IMG/VR virus record: IMGVR_UViG_3300028559_000041
Location: 1 to 61,620 of that record
DNA from: a virus
Taxonomy: Duplodnaviria > Caudoviricetes
Length of the DNA stretch: 61,620 nucleotides
Strand: one strand, 5' to 3'
The translations under genes and the position numbers were made by a program. Below are positions 18,736-28,567 of the stretch, in pieces; within the stretch, counting starts at the first letter, position 1; each line of letters starts with the position of its first letter. The notes under the pieces are model-generated. The model had not been told where the DNA came from. It searched no databases and was given only the letters and a program-made list of their open reading frames with translations.

Positions 18736-19347
18736 TTAATTCTTCTTCTTCTTCATAGCCTCACTAATCAAATCATTTAACTTCTTACTATCTACAATAG
18801 TACCATCAGGATCATCTTTGGATGTATCTGATGACTTCATTGTAGCAGCAACCTCAGTTAAATCATCTCTAAACTTCTTATAATATTGTTCTAATTCAGT
18901 TCTTTGAGAAGATGAGAATTTAGAATTCTCTCTTATTTCACGTATTGTTTGGTTAATAACCTCATGCATTCTAGCAGAATTATCACCATTATCTACCTGA
19001 CGCATCTGAGTTAAGAAATTCTTCCTAGTCATCTTAGATAGGAAAAGTGTTTCTGCATAAACAATTGCGTCCTCGCGTAGTTTGTTCTTTATATAAGGAT
19101 GACTTTTTAGATCACCAAAATCTCCCAAATAAAGATCAACAAGTGATTCTATAACCTCCATACCTTTTTGAGCGACTACTGTTAGATCAGAATCGTAGTC
19201 ATAAAGTTCTATTTGACCAAGATCTGGTAGATCATCAAGTTTTGCTAGATGATTTGCTATATCGAAGTCTCTATTTTCCTCTTGAATTATATCGAATTCG
19301 TCATTTATTCTATTGTGTTCTTTCTGTGATTTTGACATTGTACCCAT
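18736..19347 (-). CDS. candidate terminase small subunit
   Basis: Divergent from terL. SARMHEVINQTIREI resembles the (P/A)RxxEV helix of gp16-type TerS. Confidence 0.4.
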   Translation of the reverse strand: MGTMSKSQKEHNRINDEFDIIQEENRDFDIANHLAKLDDLPDLGQIELYDYDSDLTVVAQKGMEVIESLVDLYLGDFGDLKSHPYIKNKLREDAIVYAETLFLSKMTRKNFLTQMRQVDNGDNSARMHEVINQTIREIRENSKFSSSQRTELEQYYKKFRDDLTEVAATMKSSDTSKDDPDGTIVDSKKLNDLISEAMKKKKN

Positions 19348-19407
19348 AATTAATGTATATATACTAAAAATTACCACACATCTAAATTTTCAAAAAAATT
19401 AAACATC

Positions 19408-21525
19408 ATGTCAAGACAAATAATTTGGACAACTAAAATGGTTGAGGAAGCGACTGATAAACTGAGTAATGGATTTTTACTAAAAAGAGTAGAGAATCCA
19501 TTTTTCGAAAATGTTATAGGTCTAAGATCATCTGGTCTAACTTTTAAAATGTCCAATGATGAACAGGAAGAATATATTAAATGCGCACTAGATATTCATT
19601 ATTTCGCTAGAACATACTGTTACATCAAAGGAGAAGAAGGACAACCAATAATAATACCACTAAGAGATTATCAAAATGAAATATTAGATAACTTCTTTAA
19701 TAATAGATTTAATATACTAATGGCTAGTAGACAGATTGGTAAAACAATTTGTTCATCAATAATGATGTTACACTATGTTCTTTTTAATAATAATAAAAAT
19801 GTATTAGTAACAGCTAATAAATTAGACACAGCGGTTGAAGTATTAGATAAAATAAGAGAAATATATCAAAGACTTCCATTTTTCCTTCAACAAGGAATAA
19901 TAAACTGGAACCAAAAATTTATGGTTTTTGATAATAAGAGCAGAATTAAAGGATTCGCAACAACAAAGACATCATCAATAGGTCAAACTGCTGACTTTTT
20001 ATATTTAGATGAGTTTGCTTATCTACCAGATAATATTGCAGATAAATTTTACAAATCGGTATTTCCAACCGTATCAAACATAGAAAATTCTAAAATTATT
20101 ATAACATCAACACCTAATGGATTTAATCTATTTCATAGGTTATTAAGTGATGCTGAAAAACCAGAAGATGAGAAATCATCATATTGTGCCAAAAGAGTTT
20201 ATTGGTGGCAAGTTCCGAAGAGGTTCTCTACTTATATTAGATTAAATCCTAAAAAAGTAGAAGAATATGAAATAAACAGAGATGAATTACTTAATTACTT
20301 AATTGAAAAATATCCAAAAAATGAACATTCTCTAAAATATAATAACGAATTAAAAAAGTGGGTAATAACGACCTTAAATAATAGTGATTGCACTGAGGAA
20401 AATATTTTATCAGAAAGCTTTAATGGAATTAGATTATTAGAATTCGCAGATATAACCACTTGGAAAAAAGAAACTATCAAGGACATAGGAGGCGAAGAAG
20501 CATTTAATCAGGAATATGATTTGAGATTTATAAACTCATCAAGAAGTCTTCTAAGCGAAACGTTGATTGATAAAATGACAAAAAATAAAAAGACATATGA
20601 ATGGGAACCTCTAGACGAGTTTGAAAAACTTAAATTCTCATATCAAGACTTAAAATGGATAAAAGATGATGAAGTATATCTACCGATTCAAAGAAAAACT
20701 CAAAAAATTATTATATCAGTTGATGTTGCTGAAGGATTAGGTCAAGACTACTCAATAATTAACATATTTAAAATTGATGTAAAATCTAAAGAACTAATTG
20801 AACAACAAAAACATAAATATAAATCTATTGTCGATTTCTTCAGATTGGAACAAATAGGGATGTATAGAAATAATCTAGTATCTGTACAACAACTATCAGA
20901 AGTACTATACATACTAGCATTTGAATACTTTAATCCAGATAATGTGAAGATTGTACTTGAGATTAACGCATATGGAAATGAACTACTAGCTCATTTACCT
21001 CAAGTATTTGATGGTCGGAATGATTATGGTTCATCTATATTCTTTAGATTCAAACACAGAGCAGATGCTACAGAAGAAAAAATAGGACTTAAAGTCGGTG
21101 AGAATAAAAACCTACTAGTTAAAGAGTATCAAGATAAGATGGAAGACCAGTCAATTATAATAACAAATGAGGTCAATATTAATGAGATAACAACTTTTAT
21201 AAAACACACAACAAATGCCGGAAATACTAGATATGCTGCAGATGGATCATCACATGATGATACAGTTATGACGATTGTAGATATGTGTGCTATTTTTCAA
21301 AAAAATGATTTCAAACAAATAGTAGAAGAATATGCTGAAACAATTATAGACAAATCTCTATTTAACTATATAAATGATACAATAAATACATTGGAATATG
21401 TTGAACCTGTTAATTACTCACAACTTTTAGAAATTAGGAGGAAAAATAAAATACAATATAAATATAAGAGTGATATAATACAAAAAAATATAGATAATCC
21501 ATTCAAAAATAATAACTTTTTATGA
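19408..21525 (+). CDS. terL: terminase large subunit (T4 gp17-like)
   Basis: LRDYQ (Q motif), ASRQIGKT (Walker A), LYLDEFA (Walker B), ITSTPNG, FNQEY, nuclease SVDVAEG.GQDYS and HDDTVM. Confidence 0.93.
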   Translation: MSRQIIWTTKMVEEATDKLSNGFLLKRVENPFFENVIGLRSSGLTFKMSNDEQEEYIKCALDIHYFARTYCYIKGEEGQPIIIPLRDYQNEILDNFFNNRFNILMASRQIGKTICSSIMMLHYVLFNNNKNVLVTANKLDTAVEVLDKIREIYQRLPFFLQQGIINWNQKFMVFDNKSRIKGFATTKTSSIGQTADFLYLDEFAYLPDNIADKFYKSVFPTVSNIENSKIIITSTPNGFNLFHRLLSDAEKPEDEKSSYCAKRVYWWQVPKRFSTYIRLNPKKVEEYEINRDELLNYLIEKYPKNEHSLKYNNELKKWVITTLNNSDCTEENILSESFNGIRLLEFADITTWKKETIKDIGGEEAFNQEYDLRFINSSRSLLSETLIDKMTKNKKTYEWEPLDEFEKLKFSYQDLKWIKDDEVYLPIQRKTQKIIISVDVAEGLGQDYSIINIFKIDVKSKELIEQQKHKYKSIVDFFRLEQIGMYRNNLVSVQQLSEVLYILAFEYFNPDNVKIVLEINAYGNELLAHLPQVFDGRNDYGSSIFFRFKHRADATEEKIGLKVGENKNLLVKEYQDKMEDQSIIITNEVNINEITTFIKHTTNAGNTRYAADGSSHDDTVMTIVDMCAIFQKNDFKQIVEEYAETIIDKSLFNYINDTINTLEYVEPVNYSQLLEIRRKNKIQYKYKSDIIQKNIDNPFKNNNFL

Positions 21526-22367
21526 AAAAAATAGAAATAATACAAAACGTTGAAGAGAGTAAAGATATAGAATTGGTCAAATTGACCGAATATCAACTAT
21601 TAGATCTAATTAATAAGGATGGTCTAATGGAAGTTTTAACAAACTACGAAGTTCCTGAGGATTTTATACTAAAATGGGGTACTGGTGACTCTGAATTTAA
21701 TGGTATTGATAAATCGTTAGTCATATCAATAATGAATCTTTCAGAAGATTTTATAAAAGCTGCTCTAATTAGTGAGTATTTTAATCTTGATGATATTTCC
21801 GAATTAAATATGATCACATATTCTGGTTTAACAGAAGAATTTATCAATGAATATGAAAGTTATATAAATTGGAGTAGAATGATATTATACCTATCATCTT
21901 CTGATAAAATTGAAAATATTGAAAAATTTGAATCAATTATTGAAAAGAACAATCTATGGAATCTTATAAGTGCGAATCCACTACCAATAGATTTTATAAG
22001 GAAAAATAAAGGAAAAATTGACTGGAAGATAGCATCTATTGTAAATAAATTCACAGAGGATGAAAGGACCGAATTCAATGATCTAATTATCAAATACACT
22101 GATGTAGTTCCATTAAATGATTTAACAGAAGAAGTATATACAGTAAGTGATATTAGAAAATTAATAAAATTATCAAATCTTAATCAAGATCGGGACATCA
22201 CTGTGAGCAGTACTGAAGATCTAAAATCTAAACTAGATAGAGTAAATAAAGTAGAAGAAGAGAATTTAAGATTTGAGGTAAAACATAAAATTGAAAGATT
22301 AACGAGAGAAGATCTCTTAAAGATTAAGGAAACTATAAGACAATCTGAAACAAAAAAGTCCTCATAA
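21522..22367 (+). CDS. hypothetical protein with L.EDFI..Y...I(N/D)W repeats
   Basis: Tryptophan-repeat-like units (LSEDFI, LTEEFI...INW, LPIDFI...IDW). Confidence 0.6.
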   Translation: MKKIEIIQNVEESKDIELVKLTEYQLLDLINKDGLMEVLTNYEVPEDFILKWGTGDSEFNGIDKSLVISIMNLSEDFIKAALISEYFNLDDISELNMITYSGLTEEFINEYESYINWSRMILYLSSSDKIENIEKFESIIEKNNLWNLISANPLPIDFIRKNKGKIDWKIASIVNKFTEDERTEFNDLIIKYTDVVPLNDLTEEVYTVSDIRKLIKLSNLNQDRDITVSSTEDLKSKLDRVNKVEEENLRFEVKHKIERLTREDLLKIKETIRQSETKKSS

Positions 22368-22379
22368 GAGGACTTTTTT
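22352..22379. terminator. bidirectional intrinsic terminator
   Basis: A6-GTCCTC-ATAA-GAGGAC-T6 between convergent genes. Confidence 0.8.
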
Positions 22380-22380
22380 G

Positions 22381-22662
22381 TTAGTTAGCTTCCATTGTAA
22401 CCGATAATCCGGCATCTCTTAGCTTATCTTTCATAGTTGAGATTGTCTCAAGATCCCCATACTTAACATCACACTCGCCTTTAAAGTGAACAATATGAGC
22501 GCATTGGTTCGCTTGCTCGAATTCATGTCCACATATTTTAACTAGACAAGTTATTACCCAATCGAATGAATTGTAATCATCATCTGATAAAATTAACCTC
22601 CAGGGTTGAGACAAAATATGTTCAACTTCTGATTTTGTTTTCTTTTTTGTAATTGTGTTCAT
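22381..22662 (-). CDS. clpS: ATP-dependent Clp protease adaptor ClpS
   Basis: LILSDDDYNSFDWVITCLVKICGHEFEQANQCAHIVHFKGECDVK...L...GLSVTME. Confidence 0.85.
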   Translation of the reverse strand: MNTITKKKTKSEVEHILSQPWRLILSDDDYNSFDWVITCLVKICGHEFEQANQCAHIVHFKGECDVKYGDLETISTMKDKLRDAGLSVTMEAN

Positions 22663-23558
22663 AAAATAGATTTTATTTGTGTTAATTTTTTATTATTTAA
22701 TATTAGTAAGTTTATATTATTTTTTTCAAGAAAGTTTTTCTTAATATTATCTCTATATATTTGATTGTAATAGACCTTATCTCCTCCCCAACATTCAATA
22801 GACTTATAATGTTGCACACCATGAACTTCGATTATCAGATTTTTTTCCGGAAGATAGAAATCAAATCTTAATTTTCTATTCGTTTTTGGGTTTACTAAGC
22901 CTTCAAAAGTTTTTTCACGAATATATTTTATATTTTTTTCATCAAGATATTTTAGAATATAATTTTCAGCGTACTTTAGATCAGTATTGGAACAATAAGG
23001 ACAACCTCTCTGACCATGTATGAAGGAATTCATAGACTTAAGATGTATTCTTTTACAGATGTTATGTCTGATGGACACTTTAGAATTACAATTACTCACC
23101 TCTTCTAATATTGTATAATCGTCGCACCAAATTTCTTTACATCTATAAATCCAATACTGATGTGATTTATGAGAATATTTGGAACAGGATTTACAAGCAT
23201 TTTTATGGTTAATATGGTTATTCATTGTCATTTCCAAGATAAGTCCACATTTCTTGTGGATAACCTGTACTTTATGTTTACTATTTTTTGGTTCATTTAA
23301 AATTTCAAATTCATAATTGTGAGTATCATCACTTAATTTTTGCCACTCTTGTTTTGTCTTCTTTTTCTTATTGTTACAATAGACACAGTATCTTTTGAGG
23401 TGGTTATTCAATCTTATTTGTAGAACTTTTTCACATTTCTTATGAAGAACTTTCACAATATGTTGACCACTCTGTGGATCTTCCAATATTTCAAATTCGG
23501 AATTATATTTCAAGTCACTCTCAATTTGCCACTCATATCTTGTTTTTCTTTTTGACAT
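22659..23558 (-). CDS. homing-endonuclease-like protein with HxxC/CxxC repeats and C-terminal PD-(D/E)XK domain
   Basis: Three H.(K/I)C....C..C units; LRFDFYLP...IIEVHGVQHY...D..K. Confidence 0.65.
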   Translation of the reverse strand: MSKRKTRYEWQIESDLKYNSEFEILEDPQSGQHIVKVLHKKCEKVLQIRLNNHLKRYCVYCNNKKKKTKQEWQKLSDDTHNYEFEILNEPKNSKHKVQVIHKKCGLILEMTMNNHINHKNACKSCSKYSHKSHQYWIYRCKEIWCDDYTILEEVSNCNSKVSIRHNICKRIHLKSMNSFIHGQRGCPYCSNTDLKYAENYILKYLDEKNIKYIREKTFEGLVNPKTNRKLRFDFYLPEKNLIIEVHGVQHYKSIECWGGDKVYYNQIYRDNIKKNFLEKNNINLLILNNKKLTQIKSIL

Positions 23559-23602
23559 AAGTTATATATTAACTAAGTCAAACTCCCTAGATATAATTAG
23601 GA

Positions 23603-24115
23603 TTAATTATTATATATTTTTTGTGTTTTGTTTACTACATCAATGATGATAATTTGACAATTTTGTGTTGTTGCCCAATCTCCAAATTTATCCAAATGTT
23701 CTTGTCTATCATCATACATAACGAATGAATTTGGTTTGTGTACCTTTATAAGATTCTCAAAAAGTCGTTTTTTAAATAAAAAAGTATCCATACCTGGATT
23801 ACAATGTACTTCATCAAACTCTAACTCATATAAATCCAATACCTTCTGAACATCCTTTTTCAATTTATTTAAACGACCAGTTGCTAAAACAACATACGAG
23901 TCTTTGTCTGATAGATGTTCTAAATAATCAGTATAAACTTCTGTATTTAGTGGAATTTGAAAAACATCCAAATCAAGTGATTCTCCTCTACCCCACCAAC
24001 CTGGATATGGCCATTCACCACCCGTCTTATTTTTAAATACCACCTTACCAGATTCTGGTTCGGGAGTATAACACATCGTGCCATCAAAATCAAATGATAC
24101 TACTTTTTTCATCAA
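23603..24115 (-). CDS. HAD-superfamily phosphatase (RNA-repair-associated type)
   Basis: FDFDGT, WW, LATGR, TFLFK and MYDDR.EH motifs. Confidence 0.7.
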   Translation of the reverse strand: MMKKVVSFDFDGTMCYTPEPESGKVVFKNKTGGEWPYPGWWGRGESLDLDVFQIPLNTEVYTDYLEHLSDKDSYVVLATGRLNKLKKDVQKVLDLYELEFDEVHCNPGMDTFLFKKRLFENLIKVHKPNSFVMYDDRQEHLDKFGDWATTQNCQIIIIDVVNKTQKIYNN

Positions 24116-24154
24116 AGAGATAATTTATTAAGATATATATATATATATTATATA

Positions 24155-24185
24155 CAAATATATCAAAAAAAATAATACAAACAAA
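24155..24185 (-). promoter_or_regulatory. Bacteroidota-type promoter TTTG-N19-TATATTTG
   Basis: CAAATATA at 24155-24162 and CAAA at 24182-24185 on the + strand; faces the HAD gene. Confidence 0.6.
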
Positions 24186-24613
24186 TGTTAAATAAATTTT
24201 TTCACTATTTTAGTTTTAAAGACATAACTCTAATTATTATGGCATCTCTATGTATATTCATGTTCATAAGTTATATAAATACATCAAATTCTAGTAAAAG
24301 AGAAATAAAGAGAATTGAGCAAGAGAGTAAAGAGATACAAAAAGAAAGAAACAGACTCACTATCGAAAATATTAGACTAAAAGGTGAAGAAAAGAATATT
24401 CAAAAAAGAATACAAAAATATCAATCAAGTATAGATTCAGTACAAACTCTATTAAATACTAAGCAAGTTGAATTAAACTATGCACTTGGTAAATTAAAAA
24501 AGAATAAAGAACAGTTAGAAAAAACCAAAAAGGAAATTGAAAAACTTCAAAAAAATCCTATAAAAAGAAAAGGTAACGAATTATTAAACTCGATAAAAGA
24601 AAAAACAAAATAA
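24185..24613 (+). CDS. membrane-anchored coiled-coil protein (i-spanin-like)
   Basis: N-terminal TM helix followed by a long coiled coil. Confidence 0.45.
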   Translation: MLNKFFHYFSFKDITLIIMASLCIFMFISYINTSNSSKREIKRIEQESKEIQKERNRLTIENIRLKGEEKNIQKRIQKYQSSIDSVQTLLNTKQVELNYALGKLKKNKEQLEKTKKEIEKLQKNPIKRKGNELLNSIKEKTK

Positions 24614-24615
24614 TT

Positions 24616-25116
24616 ATGAAAAATATACTATTGACTATACTAATCTTGATAATACCTACTTTATCATTCTCACAAAATCGTGATCTACCTCAATATTTCA
24701 TTGAAGGTGGTGATACCATCGGTATTTTACTATCAATTGAACAAGTTCAAAAGCTTGATAATAACTCTCAACTATTAGATTTATTCAAACAACTTCAAAT
24801 TGACTGTGATAATATTGAGACCAGTTATGCCGGAGTAATTAATAAATGTAATGAAAAAATTGCATTGTTAGAATTAAATTTATCAGATTTAAGAAATCAA
24901 AGTCTAGAAAAAGATGATTTAATATCAAATCTAAAAACTCAATTATCAAACTCGGAGAGTAATAAATCACTATGTGATGTACAAATAGGTAAAAAAGATG
25001 ATGAAATATCTCTTCTAAAGTCTGATTTAAGAAAGGAAAAGTTTAAAAAATGGGTCAGCACCGGTGGTAATGTAATATTAGCAGCAGCCGCGGTGTTTTT
25101 ATTACTTAAATTGTAA
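24616..25116 (+). CDS. secreted coiled-coil protein with C-terminal hydrophobic anchor (spanin-like candidate)
   Basis: Signal peptide MKNILLTILILIIPTLSFSQ, coiled coil with Cys residues, C-terminal VILAAAAVFLLLKL. Confidence 0.45.
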   Translation: MKNILLTILILIIPTLSFSQNRDLPQYFIEGGDTIGILLSIEQVQKLDNNSQLLDLFKQLQIDCDNIETSYAGVINKCNEKIALLELNLSDLRNQSLEKDDLISNLKTQLSNSESNKSLCDVQIGKKDDEISLLKSDLRKEKFKKWVSTGGNVILAAAAVFLLLKL

Positions 25117-25168
25117 AAAGTGAGTTTTAAACTATAATATATAACTAATAAAAAATATTTTTGTTAAG

Positions 25169-25747
25169 ATGAAGCATCTAAGAAAATTTGAAAAACACAG
25201 AAACTTGAGAAAATCATCCGGTGAAGTAAAAAATCCCGTTAATGAGTCAGTTCTACAAGTTAATGATATCTACAAAGTAAGAGTTTTGGTAGATGTTCCA
25301 CAATCACTAGTTAATTCTTATGTGAAGAAAGCAAAAGATGAGTTAGGTAAAAACGTTCGTCAATTTTACGGAGACATGGATATAGCTGAAGAATTGGTTA
25401 AAAACGTCGTAATGGCAGGACTAACAATAGATACTATACCAGCAACTTCTTTAGTTGGTGGAGAGGCACAAACACAGGCTCAAGGACAATCTCAACCTCA
25501 GGTTCAAGTAGAGCCGCAAGCACAGCCGCAAGCACAGCCGCAAGCACAGCCGCAAGCACAGCCTCAAGCACAGCCGCAAGCACAGCCGCAAGCACAGGCA
25601 CAACCTCAAGGACAATCTCAACCTCAAGTTCAAGTAGAAGCACAGCCGCAAGGTGAAGGAGAATATGAAGAGGTTGGTGATGAAGATGAAGAAAAAGAAG
25701 AGGGTCAAGAAGAAGAAGAAACTGGCGAAGAAGAACTTCCGATTTAA
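25169..25747 (+). CDS. putative head-internal/scaffold-like protein with tagged N-terminus, QPQA repeats and acidic tail
   Basis: Starts MKHLRKFEK; contains VNES; ends in an E-rich tail. Confidence 0.6.
   Translation: MKHLRKFEKHRNLRKSSGEVKNPVNESVLQVNDIYKVRVLVDVPQSLVNSYVKKAKDELGKNVRQFYGDMDIAEELVKNVVMAGLTIDTIPATSLVGGEAQTQAQGQSQPQVQVEPQAQPQAQPQAQPQAQPQAQPQAQPQAQAQPQGQSQPQVQVEAQPQGEGEYEEVGDEDEEKEEGQEEEETGEEELPI
25512..25600 (+). repeat. 12-nt tandem repeat (GCACAGCCGCAA)n encoding QPQA
   Basis: About seven tandem units, directly visible. Confidence 0.9.
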
Positions 25748-26370
25748 ATCTTATTTGATTTTTTAAGGTTATCCAAAGCCCAAAGTGGTTGGAAATTTGT
25801 ATAGTGATTAAGTTTAATCAAGTCGTCACAATTTTTGGCACTTGAAACTGGAACAATATGATCCAACTGCCAACCACTCATGTCTTTTCCATAGTTTTCC
25901 CAAGACATTCCATCAAGGAATAATGACTCCAAGTGAATTTTAAATTCATGAATTTCACATCCTATAATTTCTCTTGTCTTTGAACACTTATTAAATCCTA
26001 GTTGGTTTAGACTTTCACGTATCCTATTTCTGATTGAAATTGATAATTTAAAAAGAGGATCGATTTGCTTTCTATTTTTGATATAGCTTCTATTATATGT
26101 TCGTTTATAGTCCTTATACTTTTCTGAATTCTCATACTCTCTCCTCTTTTCACTATTTTCATATCCTTTTCTGTGATTTTTCTTGTAATCTATTCTTTTC
26201 TCATCGGTCTTCAATTTCTCAAGATATGATATTCTTTTATCCGTTTTTTGATATTCTCTATCATATTTCTTTGCACACTCTTTACAACAACTTCTGTAAG
26301 AATTTTTTCTTCTTGAAAAGCTCGATATCTCTTTTTCAATTCCACATTGAGTGCACTTTTTATATTCCAT
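25744..26370 (-). CDS. HNH endonuclease (CxxC N-terminus; WxLDHIxP type)
   Basis: CTQC...CKEC; GMSWENYG...WQLDHIVPVS....LNHYTNFQPLWALDNLKK. Confidence 0.8.
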   Translation of the reverse strand: MEYKKCTQCGIEKEISSFSRRKNSYRSCCKECAKKYDREYQKTDKRISYLEKLKTDEKRIDYKKNHRKGYENSEKRREYENSEKYKDYKRTYNRSYIKNRKQIDPLFKLSISIRNRIRESLNQLGFNKCSKTREIIGCEIHEFKIHLESLFLDGMSWENYGKDMSGWQLDHIVPVSSAKNCDDLIKLNHYTNFQPLWALDNLKKSNKI

Positions 26371-26453
26371 AAATAAATTTGTTTTATTGTATATATAAAA
26401 AGGACAAGCTCAAGCTCAATATTTTATGATATTTTTTTATTTATATATAGTAT

Positions 26454-27071
26454 ATGAGATTCATTAAGACATTTGAAAATTACGAACAGTCCGATATATT
26501 AATAATCATTGACGTCCAGAAATCATTTAAGAAATTCTTTACTGAGATGTATATAAATCAGTTAACTAAGTATTGTAATAACTTTAATGAAGTATATCAA
26601 ATATGGGACAATCACATAGACGGTAAAAATGTAGATAAGGACTATCTATATGATGATGAACCGGAAATTCCTATACATGATGACTTATATCATTTTCCAA
26701 ATCAAAAAGATATCATAGAAAAAAGATATAACTATGATGTAGATGCTGATTTCTATAAGAAAATATTAGACAAAGAAGTTTATGACAAGATAAGTGATAT
26801 GGAAGAATCTAAATCATTAAAAAAAGGTGATATATTTCCAACAAAAGAGGGAACCGTTATAACATATATTGGAAACAAACACGTTTGGTTTCACTGTCCT
26901 AAAAAACTTTATGAATTACTAAATAGTTTAAAGGGTAAAAACATCAAAATAGTAGGTGGTTCTGACTCAGAATGTTTAGAAGATGTCTTCACATTGGCTG
27001 AAAAAATAGGTTTAAATATTAAAAGAGACCACAGATATATCTGGTCAGCAAATCATTGCCCAATAAAATGA
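26454..27071 (+). CDS. cysteine hydrolase (isochorismatase/nicotinamidase-like), tagged N-terminus
   Basis: LIIIDVQ..F, IIEKRY and IVGGSDSECLEDV provide a D-K-C triad. Starts MRFIKTFEN. Confidence 0.65.
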   Translation: MRFIKTFENYEQSDILIIIDVQKSFKKFFTEMYINQLTKYCNNFNEVYQIWDNHIDGKNVDKDYLYDDEPEIPIHDDLYHFPNQKDIIEKRYNYDVDADFYKKILDKEVYDKISDMEESKSLKKGDIFPTKEGTVITYIGNKHVWFHCPKKLYELLNSLKGKNIKIVGGSDSECLEDVFTLAEKIGLNIKRDHRYIWSANHCPIK

Positions 27072-27445
27072 GAAACATACTCGAATACAATTCTTACGAT
27101 GTAATATCATCTCTAGAGAATGGAATATCAAATATATTTCCATATGTTAAAGTAATAACAAATAAAATATACGCATCAACATTAATTAGTAAATCCGGAA
27201 GACCAATAGTTAGAATAGATTCGAAAAATCCTGTTAAAGCTTTATTATTACAAGTAAAAGAAGATGGAGTGGTTATTAAATCGATAGTAAATTCAACCAG
27301 TGATAAAAATCTTATGCAAGAAATAATTGAAGTATTTGAAATCCTACCAAATAGTTATAAAATATGGATAGATCAAGATGTTAGTGGAGGATTTTGGGAT
27401 AAAATAATTCAAAAATATCCAGAATATAATTGGATAAAATTATAA
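27068..27445 (+). CDS. small GNAT-like protein, tagged N-terminus (MRNILEYNSY)
   Basis: C-terminal IWIDQDVSGGFWDKI resembles GNAT motif B; weak evidence. Confidence 0.35.
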   Translation: MRNILEYNSYDVISSLENGISNIFPYVKVITNKIYASTLISKSGRPIVRIDSKNPVKALLLQVKEDGVVIKSIVNSTSDKNLMQEIIEVFEILPNSYKIWIDQDVSGGFWDKIIQKYPEYNWIKL

Positions 27446-28537
27446 TGAATCTATAAATTTATATAACTTCTTTAAATATTCACGGCGTTTGTATTCAACA
27501 TTAGTCATACAATAAACTAAGAAACTGAAATACTTTAATTTATCAATTAATGATTCTTGTGATATATCACCACCAGCATATCTAAATTCAACATATTTTT
27601 TATCAATTCTTGTTATATTAAATCCAAAATTTTTCAATCCATCTTCTTTAACCTTATTGGTTAATAAATAGTTAATATCACTCTCAGTTTTTTGAATATT
27701 ATCAATATTAAATTTATTCTTTAGATCTAATCTCTTAACACTATCCATTTTATAGATAGATTCTAAAAGAGATCCACAAAATTTATTATTTTGTCTCCAA
27801 GTCATATCCTTAAAAACCAAAGGAACTCTCTCTCCATTTTTATTAAAATCATCCATAATAAGTAATCCTTTAAGTGGATTCCAATTAACTTCCTCAGTTG
27901 TGCCTATATTTATATGTAATCCAGTTGTAGGAGCAAATTTCCAATATGATTGAGCAGAAAGAGCTGAGTAAAAATCCTCTATCATTTCTATTCCCTTTGA
28001 AATTCCAACTACATATGTTTTAGGCTTTATTTCTATACCTCTATCTAAGGTAACATCTGCGATAAGATCAACATCATCTCCCCATTTATCTAAAAAAGGC
28101 TTTAAATGTGCTCTAACCATCTCGCTTAGATACTCAAAGTCGTTAGATATTATCTGACTTAATAAAATTGATTTAGTAAATTCAGATATCATAATCTGAA
28201 CATCATCAGGATTTGATAATTCAAATACCGAATTAAAACTCATCTCATCTAAACCATCTACATCAATCAATTCTAAAATAGAATCTAATAGACTTTTTAA
28301 AAATATAACATCACTTCTTCTTGTTAGATTTAATTCCTTCTTAACATCCTTGAAAGTATCATCTATTACATCCTCATCAATTTCAGCAAAATCATGTTGA
28401 TAATTACTAGTATCGTCTGTTTCTACCTCAAATTCAAATGCTATTGTAAAATAGTTATCGAATTTTGATTCAATAAAAGATATGTCTCTTGGATTTATCT
28501 CCTCATTAAATTTATAAAAATCAAATATGTATTTCAT
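27440..28537 (-). CDS. putative amidoligase (COOH-NH2 ligase type), tagged N-terminus
   Basis: AFEFEV, D.TLDRGIEIK, TTGLHINIG and YVEFRYAGG. Confidence 0.7.
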   Translation of the reverse strand: MKYIFDFYKFNEEINPRDISFIESKFDNYFTIAFEFEVETDDTSNYQHDFAEIDEDVIDDTFKDVKKELNLTRRSDVIFLKSLLDSILELIDVDGLDEMSFNSVFELSNPDDVQIMISEFTKSILLSQIISNDFEYLSEMVRAHLKPFLDKWGDDVDLIADVTLDRGIEIKPKTYVVGISKGIEMIEDFYSALSAQSYWKFAPTTGLHINIGTTEEVNWNPLKGLLIMDDFNKNGERVPLVFKDMTWRQNNKFCGSLLESIYKMDSVKRLDLKNKFNIDNIQKTESDINYLLTNKVKEDGLKNFGFNITRIDKKYVEFRYAGGDISQESLIDKLKYFSFLVYCMTNVEYKRREYLKKLYKFIDSL

Positions 28538-28539
28538 AC

Positions 28540-28553
28540 TTAATATATATTAA
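28540..28553. promoter_or_regulatory. palindromic bidirectional late-promoter candidate TTAATATATATTAA
   Basis: Perfect 14-bp palindrome in a 30-nt gap between divergent genes 28537(-) and 28568(+). Confidence 0.55.
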
Positions 28554-28567
28554 AAAGTAATTACTAA

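Noticed and set aside
19408-21525. Intein in the terminase (extra ~80 aa between ATPase and nuclease regions)
   Set aside because: No Cys/Ser start with a His-Asn end and no LAGLIDADG motifs seen; treated as an ordinary insertion.
24133-24154. (TA)n microsatellite as a phase-variable switch
   Set aside because: It overlaps promoter-like motifs between divergent genes, but length variation cannot be shown from one sequence in such AT-rich DNA.
25434-25708. Antisense ORFs with LRLC / AAVL repeats
   Set aside because: Reverse-strand readings of the 12-nt QPQA repeat.
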